DNA from: Nitrospiraceae bacterium
GTDB lineage: Bacteria > Nitrospirota > Nitrospiria > Nitrospirales > Nitrospiraceae
DNA length: 46,181 bases
Assembly: GCA_035632555.1 (NCBI GenBank)
Contig: DASQGO010000105.1
Location: forward strand, 1 to 46,181
Direction of reading: 5' to 3'
In this document: in pieces, positions 36,384 through 45,226 of the stretch
How the letters are laid out: every line of letters starts with the position of its first letter
Numbering within the stretch: the first letter of the stretch is position 1
Program-made: the position numbers and the translations under genes
Notes under the pieces: model-generated
Told to the model about the DNA's origin: nothing
What the model saw: only the letters and a program-made list of their open reading frames with translations
The model's database searches: none

Positions 36384-37784
36384 ATGCTGCGATTACTGCT
36401 GACAGTCTTCCTCGTGATCGTCGCCAGCGTCTTCTACGATCACTTCCGCCAGCTGAATCCCGGCTCGATCACGCTCCGGTTCAGCGCCGACACCGGGCAC
36501 GAACTGAGCCTCGCCTCACTGGTCCTGCTGTCCATGGCCATGGGCGCCGCACTCGTCACGATGATCGTCGGCATCCGGGAAACCGCGCACGCCATCGTGA
36601 ACTGGCGAAGCGGACGCCTGCGCCGGCGCGAGGAAAAAGTGGCGGCCCTGCACCGCGAGGGCACGAACGCCTTCCTGTCGAAACGCACGACCGAAGCCGT
36701 CGGCTTGTTCCAAAAAGCGCTGGCGCTGGATCCCAACCACATGGATTCCCTGCTGTGGCTGGGCAACATCTATCGGACTGAAAAGAACTTCACGGAAGCC
36801 ATCCGGCTCCACCGCAAGACCCGCAGCATTGAGGAAGGCAATATCGAAGTGCTGCTGGCCCTGGCCAAGGATCTGGAAGGCGCCAAGCGCTTCGAGGAAG
36901 CGCTGCAGGTCCTGCGGGATATTCTCAAGCTGGACTCGGCCAATCTCACGGCCTTGATCGGCAAGCGGGACCTGTACATCCGGCTGGAATCCTGGAATGA
37001 CGCGCTGGAAGTCCAGCACCGCTTGATGAAGGCCCACCTGTCTGAAGCCGACCAGCAGAAGGAAAACGGCGTGCTCGTCGGGCTGACCTACGAAGTGGGC
37101 CGGCACCTGCTGGAGCGCGGGCAGCCGGACAAGGCCCGCCATTATTTCCGCGCGGCCATCAAGCGGGACAAGCAATTCCTGCCGGCCTACATCGGTCTCG
37201 GCGAGATTCTCATCCAGGAAGGCAAGACCAAGAGCGCGGCGGAGATTCTGGAAAAGGTCTACACCAAGACCGGCAACGTGATCCTGCTGCACCGGCTGGA
37301 AGAACTGTATCTCGACATGGGCGAGCCCGGCGAAATCATCCGTATTTTCCAGCACGCCTCGCAGCGCGACCCGCGCAATTCCGTGCTGAAGTTTTATCTG
37401 GGCAAACTGTACTACCGCCTGGAGATGGTGGACGAGGCCTACGATCTGCTCTCCAGCCTGGAAGGCCCGTCGGACCAGATGAGCGATTACCACAAGATCA
37501 TGGCCAACCTCTACCTGCGCAAGCAGCACATGGACCTGGCGGTGGAGGAGTTGAAGAAGGCCCTGGGATTCAAAAAGCGGGTCGTGGTGCCGTATCGCTG
37601 CACCCACTGCCAGCACGAATCATCCGAATGGTCCGGCCGCTGCAGCCGGTGCAATTCATGGAACACGTTCGTCGCGCTGCCGTGGGTGGATGCGTCCAGC
37701 ACGTCCGCGCACGCGGACGCGGCAATGCCCGAAGCCCGCTCCGTCGCCTATCACGGCTTCGGATCGCCGTTTGAAACGGTCTGA
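36384..37784 (+). CDS. lapB: LapA-LapB fusion-type LPS assembly regulator (two N-terminal TM segments, TPR repeats, C-terminal rubredoxin-like zinc finger)
   Basis: N-terminal DUF1049/LapA-like two-TM segment, multiple TPRs, and C-terminal CTHCQH...CSRCNSW. Confidence 0.75.
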   Translation: MLRLLLTVFLVIVASVFYDHFRQLNPGSITLRFSADTGHELSLASLVLLSMAMGAALVTMIVGIRETAHAIVNWRSGRLRRREEKVAALHREGTNAFLSKRTTEAVGLFQKALALDPNHMDSLLWLGNIYRTEKNFTEAIRLHRKTRSIEEGNIEVLLALAKDLEGAKRFEEALQVLRDILKLDSANLTALIGKRDLYIRLESWNDALEVQHRLMKAHLSEADQQKENGVLVGLTYEVGRHLLERGQPDKARHYFRAAIKRDKQFLPAYIGLGEILIQEGKTKSAAEILEKVYTKTGNVILLHRLEELYLDMGEPGEIIRIFQHASQRDPRNSVLKFYLGKLYYRLEMVDEAYDLLSSLEGPSDQMSDYHKIMANLYLRKQHMDLAVEELKKALGFKKRVVVPYRCTHCQHESSEWSGRCSRCNSWNTFVALPWVDASSTSAHADAAMPEARSVAYHGFGSPFETV

Positions 37785-37797
37785 GGAAAGGGATTCG

Positions 37798-38823
37798 ATG
37801 ACGTCCTACGATTGCTACGCCGAGAAAGCCCTCCGCGACGAAGTGCTCACGCGTGACGAGTGCCGCACCGTGCTGGCGACGCCGGACGACCGCACGATCG
37901 AACTGCTGGCCGCCGCCTACAAGGTCCGCGAACGGTATTTCGGAAAAAAAGTCCGCCTGCAGATGCTGCTCAACGCCAAAAGCGGCGCCTGCCAGGAGGA
38001 TTGCGGCTACTGTTCCCAGTCGGCCGTCTCGACGGCCGGCATCGAGCGCTACGGCCTGGTCTCCAAGGAGCAGATGCTGGACGGCGCACGGCGGGCCGCC
38101 GCCTCCAAGGCGCAACGGTATTGCGTCGTGATCAGCGGGCGCAGCCCGCTCGCCCGTGAAATCGAAGAGATTTCCGAGGCCGTGCGCGCGGTCAAGAAGG
38201 AGATTCCGATTCAGGTTTGCTGCTCGCTCGGCCTGTTGAACGAACAGCAGGCGCGGTCGCTGAAGGCCGCCGGCGTGGACCGGATCAACCACAACCTCAA
38301 TACGAGCGAAACGTACCACGCAGAAATCTGCACGACGCACACCTTCCAGGACCGGCTGACGACGATCCGGCATGCCAGGTCGGCGGGATTGGAAATCTGC
38401 TCGGGCGGCATCATCGGCATGGGCGAGCAGGACGAGGACGTGATCGAACTGGCGCTGGCGCTGCGGGACGTGCGCCCGGACTCGATTCCGCTGAACATGC
38501 TGCACCCGGTCGAAGGCACGCCCCTGCAGGACTGCCGGCAATTGACACCGCAGCGGTGTCTGAAAATCTTCAGCCTGTTCCGGTTCCTCCACCCGCGCAC
38601 GGAGATTCGTGTGGCGGGCGGGCGGGAATTCAACCTGCGTTCCCTGCAACCGCTGGCTCTCTACGCGGCGGACTCGCTGTTCGTGAACGGCTACCTGACC
38701 ACGCCGGGCCAACTGGCTCCGGACGCCTGGAAAATGATCACCGATCTGGGCTTCGAGATCGAAGTGGACTACCAGCAACCGGTGGCCGGCTCAACGACCG
38801 GCAGCAAGCCGGCTGCAGCTTGA
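37798..38823 (+). CDS. bioB: Biotin synthase
   Basis: Radical-SAM motif CQEDCGYCSQS; start at ATG 37798 (MTSYDCYAEKA...). The ORF-track start at 37690 overlaps lapB. Confidence 0.9.
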   Translation: MTSYDCYAEKALRDEVLTRDECRTVLATPDDRTIELLAAAYKVRERYFGKKVRLQMLLNAKSGACQEDCGYCSQSAVSTAGIERYGLVSKEQMLDGARRAAASKAQRYCVVISGRSPLAREIEEISEAVRAVKKEIPIQVCCSLGLLNEQQARSLKAAGVDRINHNLNTSETYHAEICTTHTFQDRLTTIRHARSAGLEICSGGIIGMGEQDEDVIELALALRDVRPDSIPLNMLHPVEGTPLQDCRQLTPQRCLKIFSLFRFLHPRTEIRVAGGREFNLRSLQPLALYAADSLFVNGYLTTPGQLAPDAWKMITDLGFEIEVDYQQPVAGSTTGSKPAAA

Positions 38824-38830
38824 ATAGCTC

Positions 38831-41425
38831 TCACTCGTAGCGCAGTCCATCCACTATCGGTTGGCGGGCCGCCCATAATGCCGGCAGGTAGCTGGCCACC
38901 AGCGCGGCGCCGATCGCCAGCGCCACACCTTCGACCACGAGCCACGCAGGGAACTGGAAGTGAATCGTCCACCCGAACGATTGCTTGTTGATGACATGAA
39001 TCAAGAGGAACGACAGGAGCACTCCCCCCGCCACGCCAAGGCAGGCTCCCAGCAGGCCGAGATACAGCCCCTCCCAGAGCACCAGCCGGCGAATCTGCCC
39101 GGCGCTCGCCCCGACCGCCCGCAGGGTGGCCATCTCCCGCTGCCGCTCCAGAACGGACGTTAAGAGTGTGTTCACGATGCCGAGCAGCGCGATCACCACC
39201 GCAATAAATTCCAGCGCATAGGTGACGGTGAAGGTGCGGTCGAAAATCTCCAGGATTTCACGCTTGATCTCACGATTGGTGATGATGACGATCCGGCCGA
39301 CCTGTCCCATCGTGCCGGCCAGGCGCTGCCGCACCGCGCCGGCCTCGGCATCCCGCGCCAGATAGACGGCGATGACGGTCGTCGTGTCGTCGTCCCAGAG
39401 CGTCCGGTAGAGCGACCGGTCCATGACGAGTTTCCCGCCGTCGGTCGCATAGTCGTAAAACACGCCGAGCACCGGAAACGATCGTTCCCCGGCCGGCGTC
39501 GTCAGCGTGAGCAGGCCCCCCTCCTGCACGCCCAGGCGGCCTGCCAGGACTTCCGAGATCACGACGCCGCGCGCTGTCACGGTCCGAAGCAACACCTCGG
39601 CGGAATCTCCGTTCGCGAACAGATACCGGCTCCGCTCGGCATGCACGCGGAGATCCCGCGAGACCAGCGAGACGGGACGCCCGTCTATTTCGACCGTCAG
39701 GTCGCGATAGGTATCCACCGCGGCAACGCCGGGAACTGCCGCGGCCCGCGCCGCCCAGGCCAGCGGCATCCGCTTGGCCTGCATGCCGCTTTCCTCTCCT
39801 GCCAGCCAACCTGGCGTGGCCACGACCAGATCCGCCATGACCGTCTGATTGATCCAGGTATCCACCGTCTGCCGGAAACTCTGAATCATGATGCCCACCC
39901 CGATCATGATCGCAATGCCGACCATGAGCGCCGAGACGGTGATGGCGTTCCGGCCCGGCGCGCGCGCGATCTGCTCGGCGGCAATCAGGCCGAGGGCGCC
40001 GACGTGCCGCCGTTCCCCCGCGCCCTTCCCGGTCATCAGCATCCCGATGCCATAGACCAGCAGCGGAGCCACGCAGGCCAGGCTTAGCAGGAGACAGAAC
40101 GCGGAGGCATACCCGAACAGGGGCAGCCCGCCGACCGGCCCCGGCAGCGCCAGGAGTCCGGCCAGGACCAGACAACCGCCGCCGAACCATGCCAGGGGAC
40201 CGGCACGAAACGCCTGCGCATTTTCATACTCGCCGGGGGCCAGGGCCTGCGCCGGAGCCGTCCGGCTTGCATCCACGCTCGGTGCGAGCGCGCCCAGCAT
40301 CGCCATCACGAGCCCAAAGAGCCCGCCCTCGATCAGCAAGGCGGGAGTCATCAGGGAAAGCCCGTCGGCTGCCACGCTGACCGGCGCGTAGAGATCGGAC
40401 ACCGTCCGGCCGAGCACCGATACAAGCTGCCTGGCCAGCAGGACGCCGAAGACGCTGCCGGCCACTCCGCCGACCAGTCCCATCACAGCCGCCTCTCCGA
40501 CGAAGAGCGTGGCGACCTCGGCTCGCGGGAGGCCCAGCGTGCGCAGAATCCCGATCTCGCGGCGATGCCGGACCACCGAGTAGGCAATCGTGTTGTAGAC
40601 CAGCAGCAGCCCGACCAGCAGGCCGACTCCGCTCAACGTCGCCAGGTTCAGCTGAAACGCCCTGACCATGCGCTCAACCTGCTCGTTCCGATGCGTCGGA
40701 CGGCGGACGGTCAACGACGGAGGTAGCCGCGACGCCAGGGCATCGGCGATCTCCGCAACAGGGCGGGCCGGGTCCGTGACCAGGTCGATCCGGTCGATTT
40801 TTCCGATTGAGCCGAACAGCGCCTGTGCTGCGGCGATATCCATGACCGCCAGATGCTCCCAGGCTGTCCGGACTCCGGTGCCCGATTCGACCAGGCCGCG
40901 CACCACCACCCGATGCGTCGTGGTCCCGACCAAGAGCTCCAACGGGCTCCCTGCCGAGAGCGACCACTCGGTAGCCAGCCGGGCGCCGAGAAACACCGCA
41001 TTCGGCTCCAGCAGGGGATCGAGCGTCGGCTCCTCCCCCGTTTCCGTCCTGAGGCGAAACGTCTGATGATCGGCGGCGTCAATCAGATCCAGCCCCATCA
41101 CGACCAGCGGCTTGCCGCGATGCGGCCCCGCCGCCACCTGCGCATGTTGCTGCACGACCGGCGAGGCGGACACCACGTCCGGCTGGTCCCGAACCATCAT
41201 GATCACGCGCTCGTCCAGGCCCAGTTCGCCGCCGGAGACTTGCAAGGTCGCCCGGCCGGCCACGGCCAGCACCGCATCCTCGAAGGACTTCAGCACTTCC
41301 ACGTTCGCCGTGCGGATGGCGATCGACACCGCCACGCCCAGAACAATCCCCAGGACGGTCATGGCGGTGCGGACCGGACGCTCCACCAGATGAGAGCGCG
41401 CAATCATGTGGAGTGCGTTCAACAT
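38831..41425 (-). CDS. FtsX-family ABC transporter permease with duplicated FtsX domains (YbbP-like)
   Basis: About 865 aa with two FtsX modules, each ending in a 4-TM bundle, and a C-terminal ...IVDGLRYE. ATG 41425 (MLNALHMIARSHLVERPVRT) is preferred to TTG 41473. Confidence 0.8.
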   Translation of the reverse strand: MLNALHMIARSHLVERPVRTAMTVLGIVLGVAVSIAIRTANVEVLKSFEDAVLAVAGRATLQVSGGELGLDERVIMMVRDQPDVVSASPVVQQHAQVAAGPHRGKPLVVMGLDLIDAADHQTFRLRTETGEEPTLDPLLEPNAVFLGARLATEWSLSAGSPLELLVGTTTHRVVVRGLVESGTGVRTAWEHLAVMDIAAAQALFGSIGKIDRIDLVTDPARPVAEIADALASRLPPSLTVRRPTHRNEQVERMVRAFQLNLATLSGVGLLVGLLLVYNTIAYSVVRHRREIGILRTLGLPRAEVATLFVGEAAVMGLVGGVAGSVFGVLLARQLVSVLGRTVSDLYAPVSVAADGLSLMTPALLIEGGLFGLVMAMLGALAPSVDASRTAPAQALAPGEYENAQAFRAGPLAWFGGGCLVLAGLLALPGPVGGLPLFGYASAFCLLLSLACVAPLLVYGIGMLMTGKGAGERRHVGALGLIAAEQIARAPGRNAITVSALMVGIAIMIGVGIMIQSFRQTVDTWINQTVMADLVVATPGWLAGEESGMQAKRMPLAWAARAAAVPGVAAVDTYRDLTVEIDGRPVSLVSRDLRVHAERSRYLFANGDSAEVLLRTVTARGVVISEVLAGRLGVQEGGLLTLTTPAGERSFPVLGVFYDYATDGGKLVMDRSLYRTLWDDDTTTVIAVYLARDAEAGAVRQRLAGTMGQVGRIVIITNREIKREILEIFDRTFTVTYALEFIAVVIALLGIVNTLLTSVLERQREMATLRAVGASAGQIRRLVLWEGLYLGLLGACLGVAGGVLLSFLLIHVINKQSFGWTIHFQFPAWLVVEGVALAIGAALVASYLPALWAARQPIVDGLRYE

Positions 41426-41519
41426 TCCGGGAGGCTCGGGCTCAGTATTGCTCCGTATATACCGACTCCCCAACGCGTGTTAGAGTGAATCGGTATTTAC
41501 AACGAAAGGGATTCTGCCT

Positions 41520-41789
41520 ATGTCGCGCGTAAGACACAGGCCGGCGCGCGGAGGGCGCATGGGACGGAAGCAGGGCGCTCCCGCCCTCACACCCCGCCAG
41601 AAGCAAATTCTCCGCTTAGTTGCGGAGGGGTTGACCAACCGGGAAATTGCCCGGCATTTTGGGATCAGTGTACGGACCGTCGAGGTCCATCGGTTCAACC
41701 TGATGCGGCGGTTGAGGGTCCGGAACGTCGCGCAGCTCATTCGCCAATCGCTGGTGCAGCGCCTGCTGCCGAAAAGCTTTCTCTCGTAG
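41520..41789 (+). CDS. Stand-alone LuxR/GerE-type HTH transcriptional regulator (89 aa)
   Basis: LTPRQKQILRLVAEGLTNREIARHFGISVRTVEVHRFNLMRRL. Confidence 0.8.
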   Translation: MSRVRHRPARGGRMGRKQGAPALTPRQKQILRLVAEGLTNREIARHFGISVRTVEVHRFNLMRRLRVRNVAQLIRQSLVQRLLPKSFLS

Positions 41790-41804
41790 CAAGTCGCTTC
41801 CTCA

Positions 41805-42734
41805 TCACAGCTCTTTGAGCTTGCCGACGCAAGCCATGGGTGACGCGTATCCCTTCTTGTCCAGAACCGCGGCCAATTCGGCTTGAAGCCGGTCAAACAC
41901 GCCCACTCCCTCCTCGACCAGCACCGTCCCGACCTGAACCGCCGTGGCCCCGCACAGGAGGTGCTCGAAGATATCGCCGCCGGAGACGACCCCGCCCGTA
42001 CCGATAATGGGCAGCCGCCCCTTGAACAGCTTCCAGAAGGCGCGCACATTGGCCAACGCCACCGGCTTGATCAACGGCCCGCCCAATCCGCCGAACCCGC
42101 CCTTGGGCTTGATCGCCACGGTCTCGCGCTCGGGGTCCACGACCAGCCCGTTGCCCACCGAATTGATGAGCGAGAGAAAATCCACGCCGACGCGCTCGAT
42201 CACCCTGGCGGTCTGCTCGTGATGCGCCGGATCGAAGTACGGCGGGAGCTTCACGCCCATCGGAACCGTGACGACCTTTCGCACCCGCTTCATCAGACGC
42301 TCCGACGCCTCGAGGTCGTAGCCGATCTGCGGTTTCCCGGGAATGTTGGGGCAGGACAGGTTGACTTCGATGAGATCCGGCGCGCTGGCGTTGATCACCG
42401 TCGCGATCGTGATGAAATCGTCCTCGCAGAGACCCGCCACGCTGGCGACCACGGGCTTGCCGAATTGCTTCAGTTTCGGAATGAGTTCGGCATAGGCGCG
42501 ATAGCCCAGATTCGGCAGGCCCATGGAATTGATCGATCCGCCGGGAAATCCATGATACCGCGGCTCCGGATTGCCCTGGCGCGGCTCAAGCGTCATGGAC
42601 TTGGTGACGATGGCGCCCGTATGCGAACGGCCCAGGGCCTCCAGTTCCTCCCACGTCACGCAGAGCGCGCCGGCCGCATTCATCATGCACGTCGGGAAGC
42701 GCACACCGGCGATGGTGACCGAAAGATCCTTCAT
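41805..42734 (-). CDS. pyrD: Dihydroorotate dehydrogenase, class 1A-like
   Basis: Colinear with Lactococcus DHODA as I recall it: NAAGALC..EEL..L..S..GA.VTKS.TLEPR.GNPEPRY, SINSMGLPNLG, catalytic NLSCPN, FGGLGG. There is no adjacent pyrK. Confidence 0.85.
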   Translation of the reverse strand: MKDLSVTIAGVRFPTCMMNAAGALCVTWEELEALGRSHTGAIVTKSMTLEPRQGNPEPRYHGFPGGSINSMGLPNLGYRAYAELIPKLKQFGKPVVASVAGLCEDDFITIATVINASAPDLIEVNLSCPNIPGKPQIGYDLEASERLMKRVRKVVTVPMGVKLPPYFDPAHHEQTARVIERVGVDFLSLINSVGNGLVVDPERETVAIKPKGGFGGLGGPLIKPVALANVRAFWKLFKGRLPIIGTGGVVSGGDIFEHLLCGATAVQVGTVLVEEGVGVFDRLQAELAAVLDKKGYASPMACVGKLKEL

Positions 42735-43411
42735 GGCTGGGCCGATGTCTCGTCCAATTGTCCGTCCCTCATCATGCGAACGTGATCGGCGGCCCGTGCC
42801 GCCTCCTGGCTGTGAGTGACCAGCAGAACCGTTTGCTTCAATTCTTTCGACAGCGATCGCAACAGCGCGATGACATCCGCCCCACTGCGCGAATCCAGAT
42901 TGCCGGTCGGCTCGTCGGCCAGGAGCAGGCGAGGCCGATGCACCAGCGCGCGCGCGATCGCCACCCGTTGCTGCTCGCCGCCGGACAGTTCGCCCGGCCG
43001 ATGGTTCGCGCGCGGCTCCATCCCGACCTGCGCGAGGCTTTCGGCCGCGCGCCGGCGAGCCGACCGGCCCTGCTCTCCCTGCAACAGCAGCGGCAGCGCC
43101 ACATTATCCTCAGCGGTCAACGTGGGCAGCAGGTGAAAGGATTGAAAGACCATGCCGATCAGGGATCGACGCAACCCGGTCCATTCCCTGTCGGACAGAT
43201 TGTGCGTGGGACGTCCGTCCAGAAACAGGCCGCCGGACGACGGATGATCGAGCCCCGCAACGATGTTCAGCAGCGTGCTTTTCCCGCACCCGCTCGGTCC
43301 CATCAATGCGCAAAATTCGTTTTCCGCCACGTGAAGACTGACATCCCGGAGCGCCGCCACGGCAGCCTCGCCCCTGCGATATTCTTTCGAGACATGATCG
43401 AGCCGGACCAC
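42731..43411 (-). CDS. ABC transporter ATP-binding protein (LolD/MacB/YbbA-like)
   Basis: Walker [10 protein letters not shown], signature [15 protein letters not shown], Walker [16 protein letters not shown] 43411 ([11 protein letters not shown]) is the likely start, because the ORF-track start at 43543 would overlap comF. Confidence 0.85.
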   Translation of the reverse strand: MVRLDHVSKEYRRGEAAVAALRDVSLHVAENEFCALMGPSGCGKSTLLNIVAGLDHPSSGGLFLDGRPTHNLSDREWTGLRRSLIGMVFQSFHLLPTLTAEDNVALPLLLQGEQGRSARRRAAESLAQVGMEPRANHRPGELSGGEQQRVAIARALVHRPRLLLADEPTGNLDSRSGADVIALLRSLSKELKQTVLLVTHSQEAARAADHVRMMRDGQLDETSAQP

Positions 43412-43484
43412 GGTGCGCCTGCGGTGAATGGATGCGTTTCTCCTATACCACAACCGCCGACGGCCCCACAACCGCGTGCCCGGC

Positions 43485-43513
43485 TTGACTCTTCCATTTT
43501 GAAACCGTACAAC
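43485..43513 (+). promoter_or_regulatory. Candidate promoter for comF (near-leaderless)
   Basis: TTGACT-N17-TACAAC, ending 12 nt before the comF ATG at 43526. Confidence 0.3.
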
Positions 43514-43525
43514 CGGGCCGAACGC

Positions 43526-44299
43526 ATGGACAGCGCCCTGCAAACCACGGAGCCTGCCGGGCTCCTGTCCGCCTGGACCTCGCTCCTCCGGCGTGCCTTA
43601 CACGCGGTGCTCCCTGTCGAATGCGCCGAGTGCGGCACGGCGCTGGCCGACGATCCCGTGCCGTTCTTTTGCCGAACCTGTTGGACGGCCATCAAGCCGC
43701 TTGCAGGCCCCGCATGCCCGTCCTGCGGCCTGCCGTTTGCGTCGGAAGTGGCGCTGACCTACAGTCCCGATCATCGCTGTCTCTCCTGTCGTCTGCACCC
43801 GCCAACCTTCACCAAGGCCTGGGCATGCCACACCTACGAGCCGCCGCTGCAGAACGCCATCCACCTCTTTAAATATCGCGGCAAGGTCGCTTTGGCCTCG
43901 GCGCTCGGCACACTGATGCGGCACGCGTGGCGGCAGCCGATGGATGCCGATATCCTGATGCCCGTCCCACTCCACCCCTCCCGACTGCACGAACGCGAAT
44001 ACAATCAATCGCTCCTGCTGGCAGACGAGCTGAATCGCGACCTCCGCCTGCCGCTCGTCTACGACAACCTCGTGCGCCTGCGCGCCACTCCGCCGCAAAC
44101 AGAGTTGAACCGGTCGGAACGGCTGGCCAATCTCCGCCGGTGCTTTTCCGTCCGGCAGCCTGCGGATGTCGACGGTAAACGCGTGCTGCTGATCGACGAC
44201 GTCATGACGACCGGGACAACCGCCAACGAATGCGCGAAAGTGCTGCGCAAAGCGGGAGCCAACGCAGTGTATGTCCTCACGCTGGCGCGGACGGTGTAA
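43526..44299 (+). CDS. comF: ComF-family phosphoribosyltransferase-domain protein
   Basis: N-terminal double CxxC zinc finger (CAECG...CRTCW, CPSCG...CLSC) and the C-terminal PRT motif VLLIDDVMTTGTT. Confidence 0.85.
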   Translation: MDSALQTTEPAGLLSAWTSLLRRALHAVLPVECAECGTALADDPVPFFCRTCWTAIKPLAGPACPSCGLPFASEVALTYSPDHRCLSCRLHPPTFTKAWACHTYEPPLQNAIHLFKYRGKVALASALGTLMRHAWRQPMDADILMPVPLHPSRLHEREYNQSLLLADELNRDLRLPLVYDNLVRLRATPPQTELNRSERLANLRRCFSVRQPADVDGKRVLLIDDVMTTGTTANECAKVLRKAGANAVYVLTLARTV

Positions 44300-44321
44300 C
44301 GACTACGCACTACGGCTCGGC

Positions 44322-44370
44322 ATTGGCTGGATGACCTGAATTGGCAGGGACTGTCATGCACTGTCATGCA
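44322..44370 (+). repeat. Two sets of short direct repeats upstream of the HTH-mraZ promoter
   Basis: ATTGGCTGG (44322-44330) and ATTGGCAGG (44340-44348), plus an exact tandem CTGTCATGCA x2 (44351-44370). Confidence 0.7.
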
Positions 44371-44377
44371 GAATTGC

Positions 44378-44406
44378 TTGACAATTTTCCAATCTGCTTC
44401 TATCGT
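44378..44406 (+). promoter_or_regulatory. Candidate sigma70 promoter for HTH-mraZ(-rusA)
   Basis: TTGACA (44378-44383)-N17-TATCGT (44401-44406), 41 nt upstream of ATG 44448. Confidence 0.45.
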
Positions 44407-44447
44407 CGGCTCAATGATCAGACGGTTTCACACGGGCAGGAGCGCCG

Positions 44448-44645
44448 ATGGGAGCATCCACACAGAGCGAACTGTTGACGGCGGCCGAAACCTGCCGCTA
44501 CCTCAAAGTCACGCCGAGAACGCTCTATCGGTACATCCAGGATCGCCATATGCCCGCTTTCAAGCTGGGCAAGGAATGGCGGTTCGTGCGCTCCGATCTG
44601 GACCAGTGGCTGCGCCGCCGGTCGGCCCATTCGCAATCAATGTAG
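44448..44645 (+). CDS. Small excisionase/MerR-superfamily HTH DNA-binding protein (HTH_17-like)
   Basis: LLTAAETCRYLKVTPRTLYRYIQDRHMPAFKLGKEWRFVRSDLDQWL, with an AGGAG RBS. Confidence 0.75.
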   Translation: MGASTQSELLTAAETCRYLKVTPRTLYRYIQDRHMPAFKLGKEWRFVRSDLDQWLRRRSAHSQSM

Positions 44646-44660
44646 CCGAACGAGGCGTAC

Positions 44661-45101
44661 ATGTTTGCCGGTGAGTATCTCTGCAAGCTGGATGAAAAGG
44701 GGCGTTTCATCGTCCCCAGCTCCATGCGCGAGCGGCTGGAGACAGAAGGCAACGGCGTCGTATTTCTCAAAGGGCCGGAGCAGGCGCTGTGGGCCTACTC
44801 CGCGACCGAATGGGAAAAGGTCCTGGAGCGGACCAGAACCAAGCTCGATGAAGATCAAAGCCGGCTGTTCATGCACTTCGTCGTCTCGGAAGCCGGCACC
44901 TCTGATGTGGACAAGGCCGGCCGCATTCTGATTCCCGGCAAGCTCCGCAAGCTGATTCCAGTGGAGGACGACCAGGAAATCATCCTGGTGGGCCTCTACA
45001 ACCACATGGAAATCTGGAACCCAGCCGAATGGCGGCGGTACGTCAGCACATCCGAAGAGAAATACGAGCAACAGCTCAGCAAGATCCTGAATCTCCTGTG
45101 A
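44661..45101 (+). CDS. mraZ: Transcriptional regulator MraZ
   Basis: MFAGEYLCKLDEKGRFIVPS... and a second DKAGRILIP half-domain; 146 aa, full length. Confidence 0.9.
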   Translation: MFAGEYLCKLDEKGRFIVPSSMRERLETEGNGVVFLKGPEQALWAYSATEWEKVLERTRTKLDEDQSRLFMHFVVSEAGTSDVDKAGRILIPGKLRKLIPVEDDQEIILVGLYNHMEIWNPAEWRRYVSTSEEKYEQQLSKILNLL

Positions 45102-45226
45102 TACGACGCGCGCCACAGCGCCGCCCCAAACATCTCAGACGACTTCCCGCTGTTTCCCTTCGATTGACATCCTATCGAACCGGCGCCACCGTGGCTCCCC
45201 GTTCGGGCGTGCCGGCGGCGCCTCCT

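Noticed and set aside
44351-44370. The tandem CTGTCATGCA x2 considered as a possible CRISPR or microsatellite.
   Set aside because: There are only two 10-nt units with no spacers, located just upstream of a -35 box. That is consistent with an operator or half-site duplication, not a CRISPR array.
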